Source: Leptolyngbyaceae cyanobacterium (GTDB taxonomy: Bacteria; Cyanobacteriota; Cyanobacteriia; Phormidesmidales; Phormidesmidaceae). From it: DNA of 64,000 nt. Numbering within the stretch: position 1 is the first letter of the stretch; each line of letters opens with the position of its first letter. The DNA lies in contig CBDHHL010000032.1 in assembly GCA_965263355.1 (NCBI GenBank), positions 96,001 through 160,000 of the forward strand. The letters are read 5' to 3'. Made by a program: the position numbers and the translations under genes. Of the stretch, positions 30,564 through 40,893 are shown piece after piece. Under the pieces are notes generated by a model that searched no databases, was not told where the DNA came from, and saw nothing but the letters and a program-made list of their open reading frames with translations.

Positions 30564-32093
30564 ATGCCCCTACTAACGAATGCTCGCTCATCTCACAATC
30601 GGCCAAAGGTTGTCGTAATCGGAGCTGGTATTGGTGGCCTGACATCGGCTGCCCTCTTAGCCAAGCGTGGCTATCAAGTGTATGTATTTGAGCAGGCAAT
30701 GGTGCCTGGGGGATGTGCATCGACCTTTCGACGACGGGGATTTACATTTGATGTGGGGGCCACCCAAGTTGCGGGTCTCGAACCTGGGGGAATTCATCAT
30801 CAAATTTTTTCAGAGTTGGGATTGGAGCTGCCTGTTGCTGACCATTGCGACCCGGCCTGTGCAGTTTTCTTGCCAGGGGAAACGATACCAGTGACTGTTT
30901 GGCGGGATCCACAACGTTGGCAAACGGAACGTAAGCAACAGTTTCCAGGGAGCGAACCATTTTGGCAAAAACTGAATGATTTATTTAGCTATAGCTGGCG
31001 GTTTCAAACTCGACAACCCATGTTACCCCCGCGCAGTCTATGGGATAGCTGGCAATTAACCAGGGCGCTAAGGCTGGATACACTGTGGACGGTTCCCTAT
31101 ACTTTTTCCACCGTAGGGCAATTGTTAAAAGGATATGGCCTTGACGAAAATCGACGACTAAAAACATTTCTAGATCTTCAACTCAAACTGTATTCCCAGG
31201 TAGGGGCTGACGAAACAGCGTTATTGTATGCAGCAACTGCGCTTGGCGTGTCCCAGGCTCCCCAAGGATTGTTTCACCTCCAGGGAAGTATGCAAGTCCT
31301 GAGTCAAGCTTTGGTCAAAGCAATTAAACAGTTTGGAGGAGATATTTTTCTAGGGCATGGGGTGGAGCAGATTCAGTTGGAGAATGGCCGACCAAGATTT
31401 GTCCGCATTCGTCATCAAAATAGCGATGAGACCTGGCTAGAATCTGCTTATCATATAGTGGCCAATGTTACTGTGCAAAATTTGACAACACTATTGGGTG
31501 AGCAAACCCCACCAGGCTATCAACGACGGGTGGATAAACTGGTACCGTCATCAGGGGCGTTTGTGGTGTACCTCGGTGTTGAGCAAGCGGCAATTCCTAA
31601 AAACTGTCCGCCCCACTTACAGTTTCTCTATGACTATGATGGCCCCATTGGCGAAAATAATTCCTTGTTTGTGTCGGTAAGTCGTTCAGGGGATGGGCGC
31701 GCTCCGACCGGAAAGGCAACTATCGTAGCTTCATCATTTACGGATGTGCAAGCATGGCAGAAGTGTAATGACTATGGGGCGTTAAAGGCTGACTATGAGC
31801 GGGATGCGATCGCAAAACTCAACCAGTTCTTCAACCTCGACCCGTCCCATATTATCCATGTAGAGTCTGCAACACCTCGCACATTCCAACGCTATACCGC
31901 TCGCCATCAGGGCATGGTCGGCGGTATAGGTCAGCGATTATCCACGTTTGGTCCCTTTGGCTTCGCCACCCGTACCCCCATCCCTAAGTTGTGGTTAGTG
32001 GGTGACTGTGTCCATCCAGGAGAAGGAACAGCGGGTGTCAGCTATGCCGCTTTGACAGCAGTCAGACAAATTGATGCCATGGAAGGTAAATAA
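30564..32093 (+). CDS. crtD: C-3',4' carotenoid desaturase CrtD
   Basis: VIGAGIGGL FAD motif, GGCASTF.RRGFTFDVGATQVAGLEPGGIH, LWLVGD..HPGEGTAGVS typical of cyanobacterial CrtD. Confidence 0.88.
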   Translation: MPLLTNARSSHNRPKVVVIGAGIGGLTSAALLAKRGYQVYVFEQAMVPGGCASTFRRRGFTFDVGATQVAGLEPGGIHHQIFSELGLELPVADHCDPACAVFLPGETIPVTVWRDPQRWQTERKQQFPGSEPFWQKLNDLFSYSWRFQTRQPMLPPRSLWDSWQLTRALRLDTLWTVPYTFSTVGQLLKGYGLDENRRLKTFLDLQLKLYSQVGADETALLYAATALGVSQAPQGLFHLQGSMQVLSQALVKAIKQFGGDIFLGHGVEQIQLENGRPRFVRIRHQNSDETWLESAYHIVANVTVQNLTTLLGEQTPPGYQRRVDKLVPSSGAFVVYLGVEQAAIPKNCPPHLQFLYDYDGPIGENNSLFVSVSRSGDGRAPTGKATIVASSFTDVQAWQKCNDYGALKADYERDAIAKLNQFFNLDPSHIIHVESATPRTFQRYTARHQGMVGGIGQRLSTFGPFGFATRTPIPKLWLVGDCVHPGEGTAGVSYAALTAVRQIDAMEGK

Positions 32094-32097
32094 TCTC

Positions 32098-32124
32098 GTA
32101 GGGGCACACCTTGTGGTTGCCCCC
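32098..32124. repeat. Solo GTAG-type REP-like palindrome between convergent crtD and clpC
   Basis: gtaggggcacaccttgtggttgcccc, the same core as family A elements. Confidence 0.7.
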
Positions 32125-32135
32125 AACGCGATTGA

Positions 32136-34595
32136 TTAACCCCTGACACCGACCAGGGCAGGTTGTTTCGCAGGCTTAACTACCACCTGTGCGTCATCAT
32201 CTAGATCAAAGACCGCTGTATCACCGTCATTGATGGTGCCATTCAACAGTGCCTCAGCCAGGGAATCCTCAATCAAACGAGAGATCGCCCGACGCATAGG
32301 ACGTGCACCATAGGTTTGGTCATACCCTTCATTCACTAGATGCTGCTTAAAGGCATCCGTGAGTTCCAGCGTGATATTGCGTTCAGATAAACGACCAGCC
32401 ACCTGACCTAGCAAGATATCGGCAATTTGAGCAACTTCGGATTTAATCAGCTGACGGAAGACAATAATCTCGTCAATGCGATTCAACAACTCAGGTCGGA
32501 AGAACTGCTTCATTTCTTCATTCACCAGGTTGCGAATGTTGTTATAGCGAGAGGTCATCTCATCATCAAGACTCAGCTCAAACCCAAGACCGCCGCCACC
32601 TTTCTCAATCACCTTGGAACCAATATTGGAAGTCATAATAATCAAGGTGTTCTTAAAGCTCACCTTACGCCCCTTAGCATCACTGAGGTGACCATCATCT
32701 AACAGCTGCAAGAGAATATTGAAAACATCAGGGTGAGCCTTCTCAATTTCGTCTAGCAGAATCACAGTGTATGGCTTACGACGCACTGCTTCAGTCAGCT
32801 GACCACCTTCGTCATAGCCTACATATCCTGGTGGAGAGCCAATCAGTTTAGAGACCGACTGGGGTTCCATAAATTCCGACATGTCGATCCGAATCATGGC
32901 ATCTTCAGCCCCAAAGACCGCCTCGGCTAACGCCTTAGCCAGCTCAGTTTTACCCACCCCTGTGGGACCCGAGAAAATCAAACTTGCAATGGGACGGTTA
33001 GGATTACGCATACCCACACGGGAACGGCGAATCGCTTTAGAAACCGCTTCAACCGCCTCATTTTGGCCTATTACCCGCTTATGCAATGTATCTTCGAGAT
33101 GCAAAATCATTACCGATTCTGACTCTGTTAAGCGGCTAACGGGTACTCCGGTCCAAGCCGCCACAATGTCAGCAATATCTTCGTCGGTCACCTCTGGATG
33201 AGACGTACCATGGGGCAAAAGTTCTGCCAACAGTTGCTGCTCTTTTACCCGTAAAGCGCCAACATCATCAAACGACTGCTTCTCCAACAGCTCCGTAATC
33301 TCAGTTTGCACCTGACGCAGCTCAGTGCGCTGATCCCCAGCCGGAATTTTCTGCGAGTAACGCAACCGCACCCGTGAGCCAGCTTCGTCAATCAAATCAA
33401 TGGCTTTGTCGGGTAAATGCCGATCGTTGATATAGCGATCTGATAGGGTAGCTGCTGCCTTTAGAGCTGCATCGGTAATGGTCAGTCGGTGAAACTGCTC
33501 GTAACGCCCCCGAACACCGCCCAAAATTTCCAGGGTATCTTCCACCGATGGTGGAGCTACGGTAACCCGCTGAAAACGACGTTCCAGGGCAGCATCTTTT
33601 TCAATGTACTTACGGTATTCTTCTAGCGTAGTAGCTCCAATGCACTGCAGCTCACCGCGAGCTAAGGCAGGCTTCAGCAAGTTGGCCGCATCCATGCTGC
33701 CTTCCAGGGAGCCTGCACCGACTAAGGTATGCAGCTCGTCAATCACCAAAATAATATTCTGAGCTTCCTGGACCTCAGCAATGACCTGGTTGAGACGTTC
33801 TTCAAAATCACCCCGGAACCGGGTACCGGAGACTAGCAATGCCAGATCAAGGCTAATTACACGACGATCAAACAAAGCTTCGGGCACATCTTGATTAACA
33901 ATGCGTTGAGCCAGGCCTTCTGCGATCGCAGTTTTACCCACCCCTGGTTCACCCACCAATACAGGATTATTCTTAGTACGGCGACCTAGAATTTGAACCA
34001 CCCGCTCAATTTCCTGGGAGCGGCCAACCACTGGATCAAGTTTGCCCGCAGTGGCCAGTTCCGTCAGATCGGTACTAAATTCAGCCAATATACCATTACG
34101 CTTAGACGGTTGCCCTGACCGTTCACCCTCTCGGGCACGACCACCCGCTGGCACAGCAGACACCTCACCAATGGTCCGAATCAGCTGAGTACGAACTTGG
34201 GTTGGATCTACACCCAGGTTATTAAGCACCCGATAGGCCACACTTTCCACATTTTGGGTCAGACTCAGCAGTAAATGCTCAGGTTCAATGTAGGGATGGT
34301 CCAGCTTGCGAGCCTCTTGAAATGCCTGTTCAAAAACTTGCTTAACCTTGGGGGTAAATGGAATTTCTGTCGGCCCATTTCCTGACCCACGGCCAATAAT
34401 GGACTCGACTTCAGCGCGAGAATTAGCCAGGTTGACTCCAAAATCACTTAATACTCGAGCAGCAATGCTGGAACCCTCCTTCACAATCCCCAGTAGGAGT
34501 TGCTCACTACCTACGAAATTATGGCCCAGGCGTCTTGCCTCTTCCTGAGCTTGCATGATCACCGCAATCGCCGCATTGGTGAAATGTTCAAACAT
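32136..34595 (-). CDS. clpC: ATP-dependent Clp protease ATP-binding subunit, ClpC family (divergent paralogue)
   Basis: Clp_N repeats ([20 protein letters not shown]), two AAA+ modules ([16 protein letters not shown]), IGF-like loop GGLGF. Confidence 0.93.
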   Translation of the reverse strand: MFEHFTNAAIAVIMQAQEEARRLGHNFVGSEQLLLGIVKEGSSIAARVLSDFGVNLANSRAEVESIIGRGSGNGPTEIPFTPKVKQVFEQAFQEARKLDHPYIEPEHLLLSLTQNVESVAYRVLNNLGVDPTQVRTQLIRTIGEVSAVPAGGRAREGERSGQPSKRNGILAEFSTDLTELATAGKLDPVVGRSQEIERVVQILGRRTKNNPVLVGEPGVGKTAIAEGLAQRIVNQDVPEALFDRRVISLDLALLVSGTRFRGDFEERLNQVIAEVQEAQNIILVIDELHTLVGAGSLEGSMDAANLLKPALARGELQCIGATTLEEYRKYIEKDAALERRFQRVTVAPPSVEDTLEILGGVRGRYEQFHRLTITDAALKAAATLSDRYINDRHLPDKAIDLIDEAGSRVRLRYSQKIPAGDQRTELRQVQTEITELLEKQSFDDVGALRVKEQQLLAELLPHGTSHPEVTDEDIADIVAAWTGVPVSRLTESESVMILHLEDTLHKRVIGQNEAVEAVSKAIRRSRVGMRNPNRPIASLIFSGPTGVGKTELAKALAEAVFGAEDAMIRIDMSEFMEPQSVSKLIGSPPGYVGYDEGGQLTEAVRRKPYTVILLDEIEKAHPDVFNILLQLLDDGHLSDAKGRKVSFKNTLIIMTSNIGSKVIEKGGGGLGFELSLDDEMTSRYNNIRNLVNEEMKQFFRPELLNRIDEIIVFRQLIKSEVAQIADILLGQVAGRLSERNITLELTDAFKQHLVNEGYDQTYGARPMRRAISRLIEDSLAEALLNGTINDGDTAVFDLDDDAQVVVKPAKQPALVGVRG

Positions 34596-35177
34596 ATTTT
34601 GTAGACCTCTGCCAGGATATGGAGTCGAAACCTATAAAAGGAAAGTCGAGTAATCGAGTTGTTAACTCAAGTTACTTTAGACATTAAGTTTTTTAACTAT
34701 GTAATAAAAATATACCCATCTTCGAGCAATCCCGACAGTCTGGAGAGCCGAAGTTGAGTAAGTGGGGTAATCCGTATAGTCCTATGGACAATGGATATGG
34801 TTTCAGTTTGCCCGAAGGATAAATGAATTTATAGGAATATGATTCAACGGAGACCGAATCTCCACATCCACACTGAGTGGATAAAAAATTGGTAAAGAAA
34901 TCGCCCTCTTCCTGATGTTTCCCCATGGTTACCACGAAGAGCGTCCAAGAAGCTCTATTTGATCGATTATTTTACTTCTAGATAAAAGAGGTGCCAAAAA
35001 ATGCCCCCCAATTACATCGACGCCTGCAGAGTATAAGACTCGAAGCCCCCAAACTTCGAAGTTCAGGGGCCTGAATAATCGTTAGCCACTCTGATAGTCG
35101 CTCGATCACAAAAATTATTTTTTTGGTTAAATAATTTAGTCCTACGTTTTACAGCAGTGAGGCAATCCCCCCGCTAC

Positions 35178-35663
35178 TTAGATAATCTCAGCTTGAACCG
35201 TCTGACAGGTTTCTAAAATGGTTTCATCTACCTCAGACAGCGTATTAATAGCAGTAAATCCACTGATGTTAACTTCAGCACCTGCGTTACCCGCCGCCAG
35301 GGTTGGCTGGGATTGAACAGCCAGGGAATAGGGGTGACTTGTCTGTTCGTAGCTATCAATAACAGTCAAATCTAAGCGGGCCGCAGAAATATCACCATGG
35401 AAACAATCGAAGGAAGAACTGGGCATGTAAAATGCACCAACGGTGCGGTGACCAGCCACTTCAAACACCATGTATACAGAGCCAAGTTGATTCGCCACTG
35501 ACTGCTGTTGGCCATACAGATAAACACCATCTGCTAGCAGCCCATTAGCAACGGGTTCGGCAAGGGCAATAGCACCAAAACTACTGAGCAACGTAGCACC
35601 GACTAAGGCAAGGGCAGATTTAATGAACTGGGGAAAGCGGGGGCGAACTGACAAATAAGCCAT
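35178..35663 (-). CDS. Conserved cyanobacterial secreted hypothetical protein
   Basis: Signal peptide; DGVYLYGQ..YMVFEV..VGAFYMPSSSFDCFHG motif. Confidence 0.75.
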   Translation of the reverse strand: MAYLSVRPRFPQFIKSALALVGATLLSSFGAIALAEPVANGLLADGVYLYGQQQSVANQLGSVYMVFEVAGHRTVGAFYMPSSSFDCFHGDISAARLDLTVIDSYEQTSHPYSLAVQSQPTLAAGNAGAEVNISGFTAINTLSEVDETILETCQTVQAEII

Positions 35664-35764
35664 GGGATACGTGGTTACACCTCTTATATGTTCAGTATTC
35701 ATGAAGTTCCGGGTTCACTAAGTGACACCTCTAGTCATGACTGATGACATCTAACACAGGGCCG

Positions 35765-35780
35765 TGTGATTGCTGTCACA
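35765..35780. promoter_or_regulatory. CRP-family consensus site TGTGA-N6-TCACA in a divergent promoter
   Basis: tgtgattgctgtcaca is an exact consensus match between two divergent starts. Confidence 0.55.
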
Positions 35781-35830
35781 ATGCACTGTATTACCTATAT
35801 TTCGGGACTTATACAGCGTTCATATCCCCC

Positions 35831-37528
35831 ATGACGTCATATCACGCCCTTGAGCAAAAGTTAGAGCAGCTAGATGGCCGTAGCTATTCTGCCTACAAAG
35901 GCATTAAAGACAGCTATACCTTTCCTGGCTTTGAACTCACCCTGGCCCATATTCAAGGGGATCCCTTTGCTGCCCCCAGTCGCATTAGCATTTGGACCAG
36001 TCATCACCAAAGTCAATGGCCTCAGGCCTATTGGCATAACGACATCCGGCGTGGTGTGCTGGCAGATTTTTTGCATCGACATATTGATGACGTCATTCCT
36101 AAGATTGAGCAGCGACGGGGGTCAGGTAAAAGCGGTTGCCTGATGATTGCGCCAACAAGTCAGGCTATTTTGGCTCGCACAGCCGTTCAGGTCACCCCTA
36201 AGGGCATAGAGTTGCGCTTGGGCGTGGGACTACCTGCTTTTGGCCGCAGAATTGCCGGTTATGCGGCCAGGGATTTGCTAATGAATGATTTGCCACAGCT
36301 GATCGTCTCGACTCTCCATGACCAGCCACAGTGGCACCAGGCTTTAGAACAGCATATTGCGACGGTCGAAGATGCTAATGCCCTGAGACAGCAACTATTG
36401 CCCCAGAACCTCGTGGCATTTATTGCCAATGGGGCAATTTTACCCAGACGTAGCGGCATCGATGCTCGACCTTTACCCACTGCGATCCCGTTTAAAGCAC
36501 CCAGTTCTCTAGAAGTTACGTTGCAAACGCCCCATGCCGGTGAGATCGCAGGTCTGGGGATTCCCCGAGGGGTCACCCTGATCGTCGGTGGGGGCTACCA
36601 TGGCAAATCCACGGTCCTTAAGGCGCTTGCCCAGGGGATTTATAATCACATTCCTGGCGATGGGCGTGAACAGGTAGTCGCCGATGGGGCAACGGTAAAA
36701 ATTCGAGCGGAGGACGGTCGTAGTGTAGCGGGGGTAGATATTTCTCCATTTATTGATCGGTTACCCCAGGGGATATCGACCCAGGCGTTTAGTACGACCA
36801 ATGCCAGTGGTAGTACGTCCCAGGTCGCCAATATTTTGGAGGCAATGGAGGCGGACGCGCAGGTATTACTGATTGATGAAGATACGGCGGCGACGAATTT
36901 GATGATTCGCGATCGCAATATGCAAACCCTTATCGCCAAGGACAAAGAACCCATCACCCCATTTATTGATAAGGTTCGTCAACTTTACACCGACTACGGT
37001 ATTTCCACCATTTTGGTGATGGGCGGCAGCGGCGACTACTTTGAAGTGGCCGACCAGGTAATTGCATTAGATAACTATGTGGCCAAGGATGTGACTGCTG
37101 AGGCCAAGGCAATTGCGGTTGAATATCCAAGCGATCGCAACGCTGAAGGTGGACAACACTTTGGCACCATCACCCAACGACAGATTCAACTGCCTCAATT
37201 TGACACCGGTCGTAAACCCACCAAAATCAAAACTCAACGTCTCTCCACCCTATCCATTGGCCAAGAAGACATCGATCTGCGGGGCATTGAACAACTTATA
37301 GAACCCAATCAAACTAGGGCCATTGCCCATGCCATTCTCACCTGGCAACAACAAAATCGTGGCCACTTACTACAAGATCTCTTAGACGACATTATGAGCT
37401 GGGTAAGCCGACGAGACTTTGATGCCCTCACCCCGTATCCCATGGCCGACCTCAGTGAATTTCGCCGCCATGAACTCGCTGCTGTCATTAACCGACTGAG
37501 AAATCTCAGAGTAATTACGGAAAGATAA
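35831..37528 (+). CDS. ABC-ATPase domain protein (ABC_ATPase family)
   Basis: HIQGDPFAAPS, GGGYHGKST Walker A, ASGSTSQ, LLIDEDTAATN. Confidence 0.9.
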   Translation: MTSYHALEQKLEQLDGRSYSAYKGIKDSYTFPGFELTLAHIQGDPFAAPSRISIWTSHHQSQWPQAYWHNDIRRGVLADFLHRHIDDVIPKIEQRRGSGKSGCLMIAPTSQAILARTAVQVTPKGIELRLGVGLPAFGRRIAGYAARDLLMNDLPQLIVSTLHDQPQWHQALEQHIATVEDANALRQQLLPQNLVAFIANGAILPRRSGIDARPLPTAIPFKAPSSLEVTLQTPHAGEIAGLGIPRGVTLIVGGGYHGKSTVLKALAQGIYNHIPGDGREQVVADGATVKIRAEDGRSVAGVDISPFIDRLPQGISTQAFSTTNASGSTSQVANILEAMEADAQVLLIDEDTAATNLMIRDRNMQTLIAKDKEPITPFIDKVRQLYTDYGISTILVMGGSGDYFEVADQVIALDNYVAKDVTAEAKAIAVEYPSDRNAEGGQHFGTITQRQIQLPQFDTGRKPTKIKTQRLSTLSIGQEDIDLRGIEQLIEPNQTRAIAHAILTWQQQNRGHLLQDLLDDIMSWVSRRDFDALTPYPMADLSEFRRHELAAVINRLRNLRVITER

Positions 37529-37556
37529 TTCACTGATTTTTGGGATCACGTATTTA

Positions 37557-37662
37557 TATGAAATCCTGGTTGATAGCAGCTAATATCGCAGGGCATCCAC
37601 AAGGGGGGTGCCTCTACGATATTGTCCATTCTTAATCGGGATTAATGAACTCGGATTTGGTA
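37557..37662. mobile_element. MITE-like dispersed repeat, family A
   Basis: tatgaaatcc...atatcgcagggcatccacaagggggg...ctacg...ttaatcgggatt...ggatttggta; colinear with 7031-7134. Confidence 0.8.
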
Positions 37663-37820
37663 TTACATCCCCATCCTTCGGTAGAAATATCCACAACATT
37701 TGCCCGAAAACAGACTAAGTAAACATTCGGTAAATCCCTATGCTTACTGGTAGTTAATTAACGCAGCTGGGCACGTTTAGTTTGAAATAGATGTGTCTTT
37801 TTATACCTCTGCCTGGTCCT

Positions 37821-37982
37821 ATGCAACACCCTCAAGAACCCAACCTGGAACAACCACGGATTAAATGGTCCTGGTTCACCCTTAGCTGTGTTTGCCTATT
37901 CTCTGGCTTTTTATACCTGGCGGTTATGGACCTTACAGGTCCCGTTCAGCTCACGCAAAATCAAACTGAGCAACAACCCTAG
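37821..37982 (+). CDS. Small single-TM membrane protein
   Basis: MQHPQEPNLEQPRIKWSWFTLSCVCLFSGFLYLAVMDL...; followed by a strong terminator. Confidence 0.55.
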   Translation: MQHPQEPNLEQPRIKWSWFTLSCVCLFSGFLYLAVMDLTGPVQLTQNQTEQQP

Positions 37983-38010
37983 AGTTCAATTTAGTCCAAA
38001 CCGTTGCTTC

Positions 38011-38045
38011 AAGGGTTCGCCATTATGGTGAACCCTTTTGTTTTT
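38011..38045 (+). terminator. Rho-independent terminator
   Basis: aagggttcgccattatggtgaaccctttt followed by a T-run. Confidence 0.7.
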
Positions 38046-38069
38046 AGGTTAGATGATAAAAAACTACGG

Positions 38070-38265
38070 TACACCAGGAACATATATACTACTGACCTGC
38101 AATGACGTTCCTATATGTCGAGACTATGAGGTTTTACCGAAGAATCATGAAGGCGTTGTCTATGTGGTGATGGTTCGCTTAATGCTGCGTCGGTTAACTG
38201 ATAATCGACGACGATGGACGTCAAAGACTCCTCAGATTGCTTAATATTAGTTTCCGAACACACTC
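38070..38265 (+). mobile_element. IS5-family (IS1031-like) transposase remnant with right terminal repeat
   Basis: CRDYEVLPKNHEGVVYVVMVRLMLRRLT resembles the IS5 transposase C-terminus; followed by tttccgaacacactc, an IS1031-like end. Confidence 0.7.
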
Positions 38266-38275
38266 TGAGTCAGCC

Positions 38276-38812
38276 ATGAGCGAAGACAACCCTGTTACCT
38301 TTTACGAAGGTGATGATCCAGAGTTATCACAGGCCTCACAAAAGGCCAGGGAAACCTTTCGCTATTTCTGGAATCAGGTAGCCCTGGACTTTAACAGAAT
38401 TATTCCTGCCCTGGAGCTAGCCTGTGTAAAAGCGCCATTTTCTGATGATGCCGATCCACGCTCACCGTTCGAACACATGTGGGTAGATCAGATAAACTTT
38501 GACGGCATCGACGTCTATGGTACGTTGCTCAACAGTCCCAATAACCTTACCTCCTGGAACCAGGGCGATGAGGTAGAGGGGCCGCTTGCCGCTCTTAGCG
38601 ATTGGCTCTGTGTATTGGGTGGCAAGGTCTATGGGGGCCATACCATTCAGGTGGCCAGGGGACGAATGGCAACAGCAGAGCGGCAGGAGTATGATCAGGC
38701 CTGGGGTCTGGACTTTCCAGCACCAGACACCGTACTTATCCCTGAACGCAATATCGAAGGGTATCCACAAGGGAGTGCCCCTACAGGATTGTCCATTTTT
38801 AATCGGGTTTAA
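38276..38812 (+). pseudogene. DUF2314/YegJ-family protein, C-terminus replaced by family A repeat sequence
   Basis: ARETFRYFW..ACVKAPF..EHMWV..GTLLNSP..SDWL..YGGHTIQ. The last ~20 codons lie in the repeat at 38750-38829. Confidence 0.7.
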
Positions 38813-38829
38813 TGAATTCGGATTTGGTA
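38750..38829. mobile_element. Partial family A repeat (right ~80 bp)
   Basis: aatatcgaagggtatccacaagggagtgcccctac...ttaatcggg...ggatttggta, matching the right part of 37557-37662. Confidence 0.8.
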
Positions 38830-38886
38830 TTAGAACGTCCGCTGGACTAATCTTTAAAATTTATAGCTACTGACCTTGCTACCGCC

Positions 38887-40788
38887 TTAACTCTCTGCAC
38901 CAATATAGGGTTGTAGTACCTCAATCAAGTCTTCATTTTCCGATTCCTGGGCGGTATCCCATACCATTTGGAGCGTTGAAGCGTTAATCCCGGAGTCTAG
39001 CATTGTTTTAACCGTGGTCAGATCGCTGAAGCCGATGGCCCACATTAATAGGGGTTGACCGCGCCAGAGCACATTAGTGTTGGCACCATTCTCGATCAGT
39101 AATTGAACAATCTCTGTTTGGTCGTTTGCGATCGCATTAATCAATGGCGTCATACCCCAGAATTGATCGCCGACAATATTGACATTAGCCCCCTGCTCAA
39201 TCAACCGTTTGATCTTAGTAATATCATTCTCATCGACTGCTTGATGTAATCTTGTGCGTCCTTGGGCATCTAACGAATTTAAGCGTTGCTCAACAGCCAT
39301 TTTTTGACGAATTTCGTCAATATCCCAAGCCGTCAACATAGCTAGATTTTCTGCAGCTTGGGCCATGCTGCGTCGATACCGTAATCGGGAGGCACAAATG
39401 GCAGATCCCATAGGTCGTCTAATGACATAGCGTACCTGGAAGTCAACGCCAGCCCATTGAGGAAATGAACGGCCTTTAACGCCCAATTCCTCAGAAAACA
39501 GTTCAGGTAAGACTTCCTGAAAGCGTAAATCTTCAGGAAATGTCGTTGAATTGTAACGAATATGTAATCGAGTAATCAAGGTTTCTGGAGCCTCATCCTT
39601 CCACCATGCCCCCATTGCTTGGAGATCGGCTGCTGTTGGCATCGATTCAGCATCCATCGTACAGGGATCGCATTTTATGTTATTGCCAAAAATGCGGGTG
39701 GCATATTCCACAAAAACAGCATTGTTATGTTGTTCATGGACACGTTGAAATAACGTGTCATAAAAATTGTCAAATTCATCCTGGACAAATGCTGGCACCT
39801 CATGGCCAGATGGCCAACGGGGGTGAGACTCTGCATCAGTGGGGATAGGTAATGTCTGATAATTAGCCGTTTTGACATAGGCATCAGGTGATAACACATG
39901 AACAATCAAATCTTGATCATCATCAGCATTTAGGGTCCCCAGCCGAATCGGTAGCATAAACTGAGGGGATTCATAATCCAAAACAATGGGACGCAAAAAC
40001 CGCCCACCTGTTTTTTGAAATTCTGCTAAATTTACCCGTACTACAAAAAACTTCATGCCTGTATCGATGTATGCCTGAAGCATTTTGGTTGCAGCTGGGC
40101 TCACCTGATAGTCATTTTGTTGCAGCCAGGCCACTAACGCATTTGATTCATCAGCGCTCAAAATAGCAACATCATATTCACCGACTGTGAACTGATCTTC
40201 AACGGTAACCGCTGAAAATGACTGCGCCATGGATCGATTAACCCTTGCCTTATTCGCCTGATTGAGAAATGAAGGCAGGGAAACCACCACCAAAACTGCC
40301 ATCAGCAAAAGCGCAACGATCAGGGCCAGTCTATTAATGTTTGGTCTTAGCCATGAAATCAGAAAAAAAACAACGACAGGAATCGCAAAAAAAATGACAA
40401 TTCGATACCATTCATGTTCTTGTCGACAGGGGCGATCAAAATACTGCGCTAGTCGCGGGGCCGTAAACGCACTGATTTTTTCCATCAATGCATTATCCCC
40501 AATTCGGACCTGTTCACGGCTAGGAATCACAGGAACCGGCACAATCCGAGCAAAGTCCTGAACATCCCCTTGAAAATCATTGGCCATCATAAAGATACTA
40601 CGATTTCCACTGTGGGCAATGACCACATGTGATGCAGTATTTTCTAGATTGCCATCTACTTTGGCCACAAAAAAACCACAAAAGGCCTGCACGGGTGTAG
40701 CCATGGATACACAAATCAGTACCGTTGCTAAACAAATCAGTAAGGACCTAGGCCAACGAGTATAGGCTGTGGGGGAAAACCTTGGCAT
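38887..40788 (-). CDS. DUF2330-domain protein with two-TM insertion and C-terminal ankyrin repeats
   Basis: AQAFCGFFVAK, APRLAQYFD, FTVGEYD..ILSA, LPIRLG, TRLHIRY..FPEDL (DUF2330); GRTRLHQA / GMTPLINA / GQPLLMWA ankyrin repeats. Confidence 0.85.
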   Translation of the reverse strand: MPRFSPTAYTRWPRSLLICLATVLICVSMATPVQAFCGFFVAKVDGNLENTASHVVIAHSGNRSIFMMANDFQGDVQDFARIVPVPVIPSREQVRIGDNALMEKISAFTAPRLAQYFDRPCRQEHEWYRIVIFFAIPVVVFFLISWLRPNINRLALIVALLLMAVLVVVSLPSFLNQANKARVNRSMAQSFSAVTVEDQFTVGEYDVAILSADESNALVAWLQQNDYQVSPAATKMLQAYIDTGMKFFVVRVNLAEFQKTGGRFLRPIVLDYESPQFMLPIRLGTLNADDDQDLIVHVLSPDAYVKTANYQTLPIPTDAESHPRWPSGHEVPAFVQDEFDNFYDTLFQRVHEQHNNAVFVEYATRIFGNNIKCDPCTMDAESMPTAADLQAMGAWWKDEAPETLITRLHIRYNSTTFPEDLRFQEVLPELFSEELGVKGRSFPQWAGVDFQVRYVIRRPMGSAICASRLRYRRSMAQAAENLAMLTAWDIDEIRQKMAVEQRLNSLDAQGRTRLHQAVDENDITKIKRLIEQGANVNIVGDQFWGMTPLINAIANDQTEIVQLLIENGANTNVLWRGQPLLMWAIGFSDLTTVKTMLDSGINASTLQMVWDTAQESENEDLIEVLQPYIGAES

Positions 40789-40893
40789 GACAAGGAATAA
40801 ATGGCGATCAATTACGTCCACTTTTCCCAAGCAAGCTCAGGAAACCATCAACATTTTAGTGGTGAATAGTGAGTAGTGAATCCTGACGGACCA

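Noticed and set aside
34596..34935. Possible CIRCE/CtsR heat-shock operator or small ORF upstream of clpC
   Set aside because: No TTAGCACTC-N9-GAGTGCTAA or CtsR heptad repeat is visible; the 80-aa ORF has no support.
35045..35072. Palindrome gcccccaaacttcgaagttcaggggc
   Set aside because: Probably an ordinary terminator or short dispersed repeat after the 35178 gene; no further structure seen.
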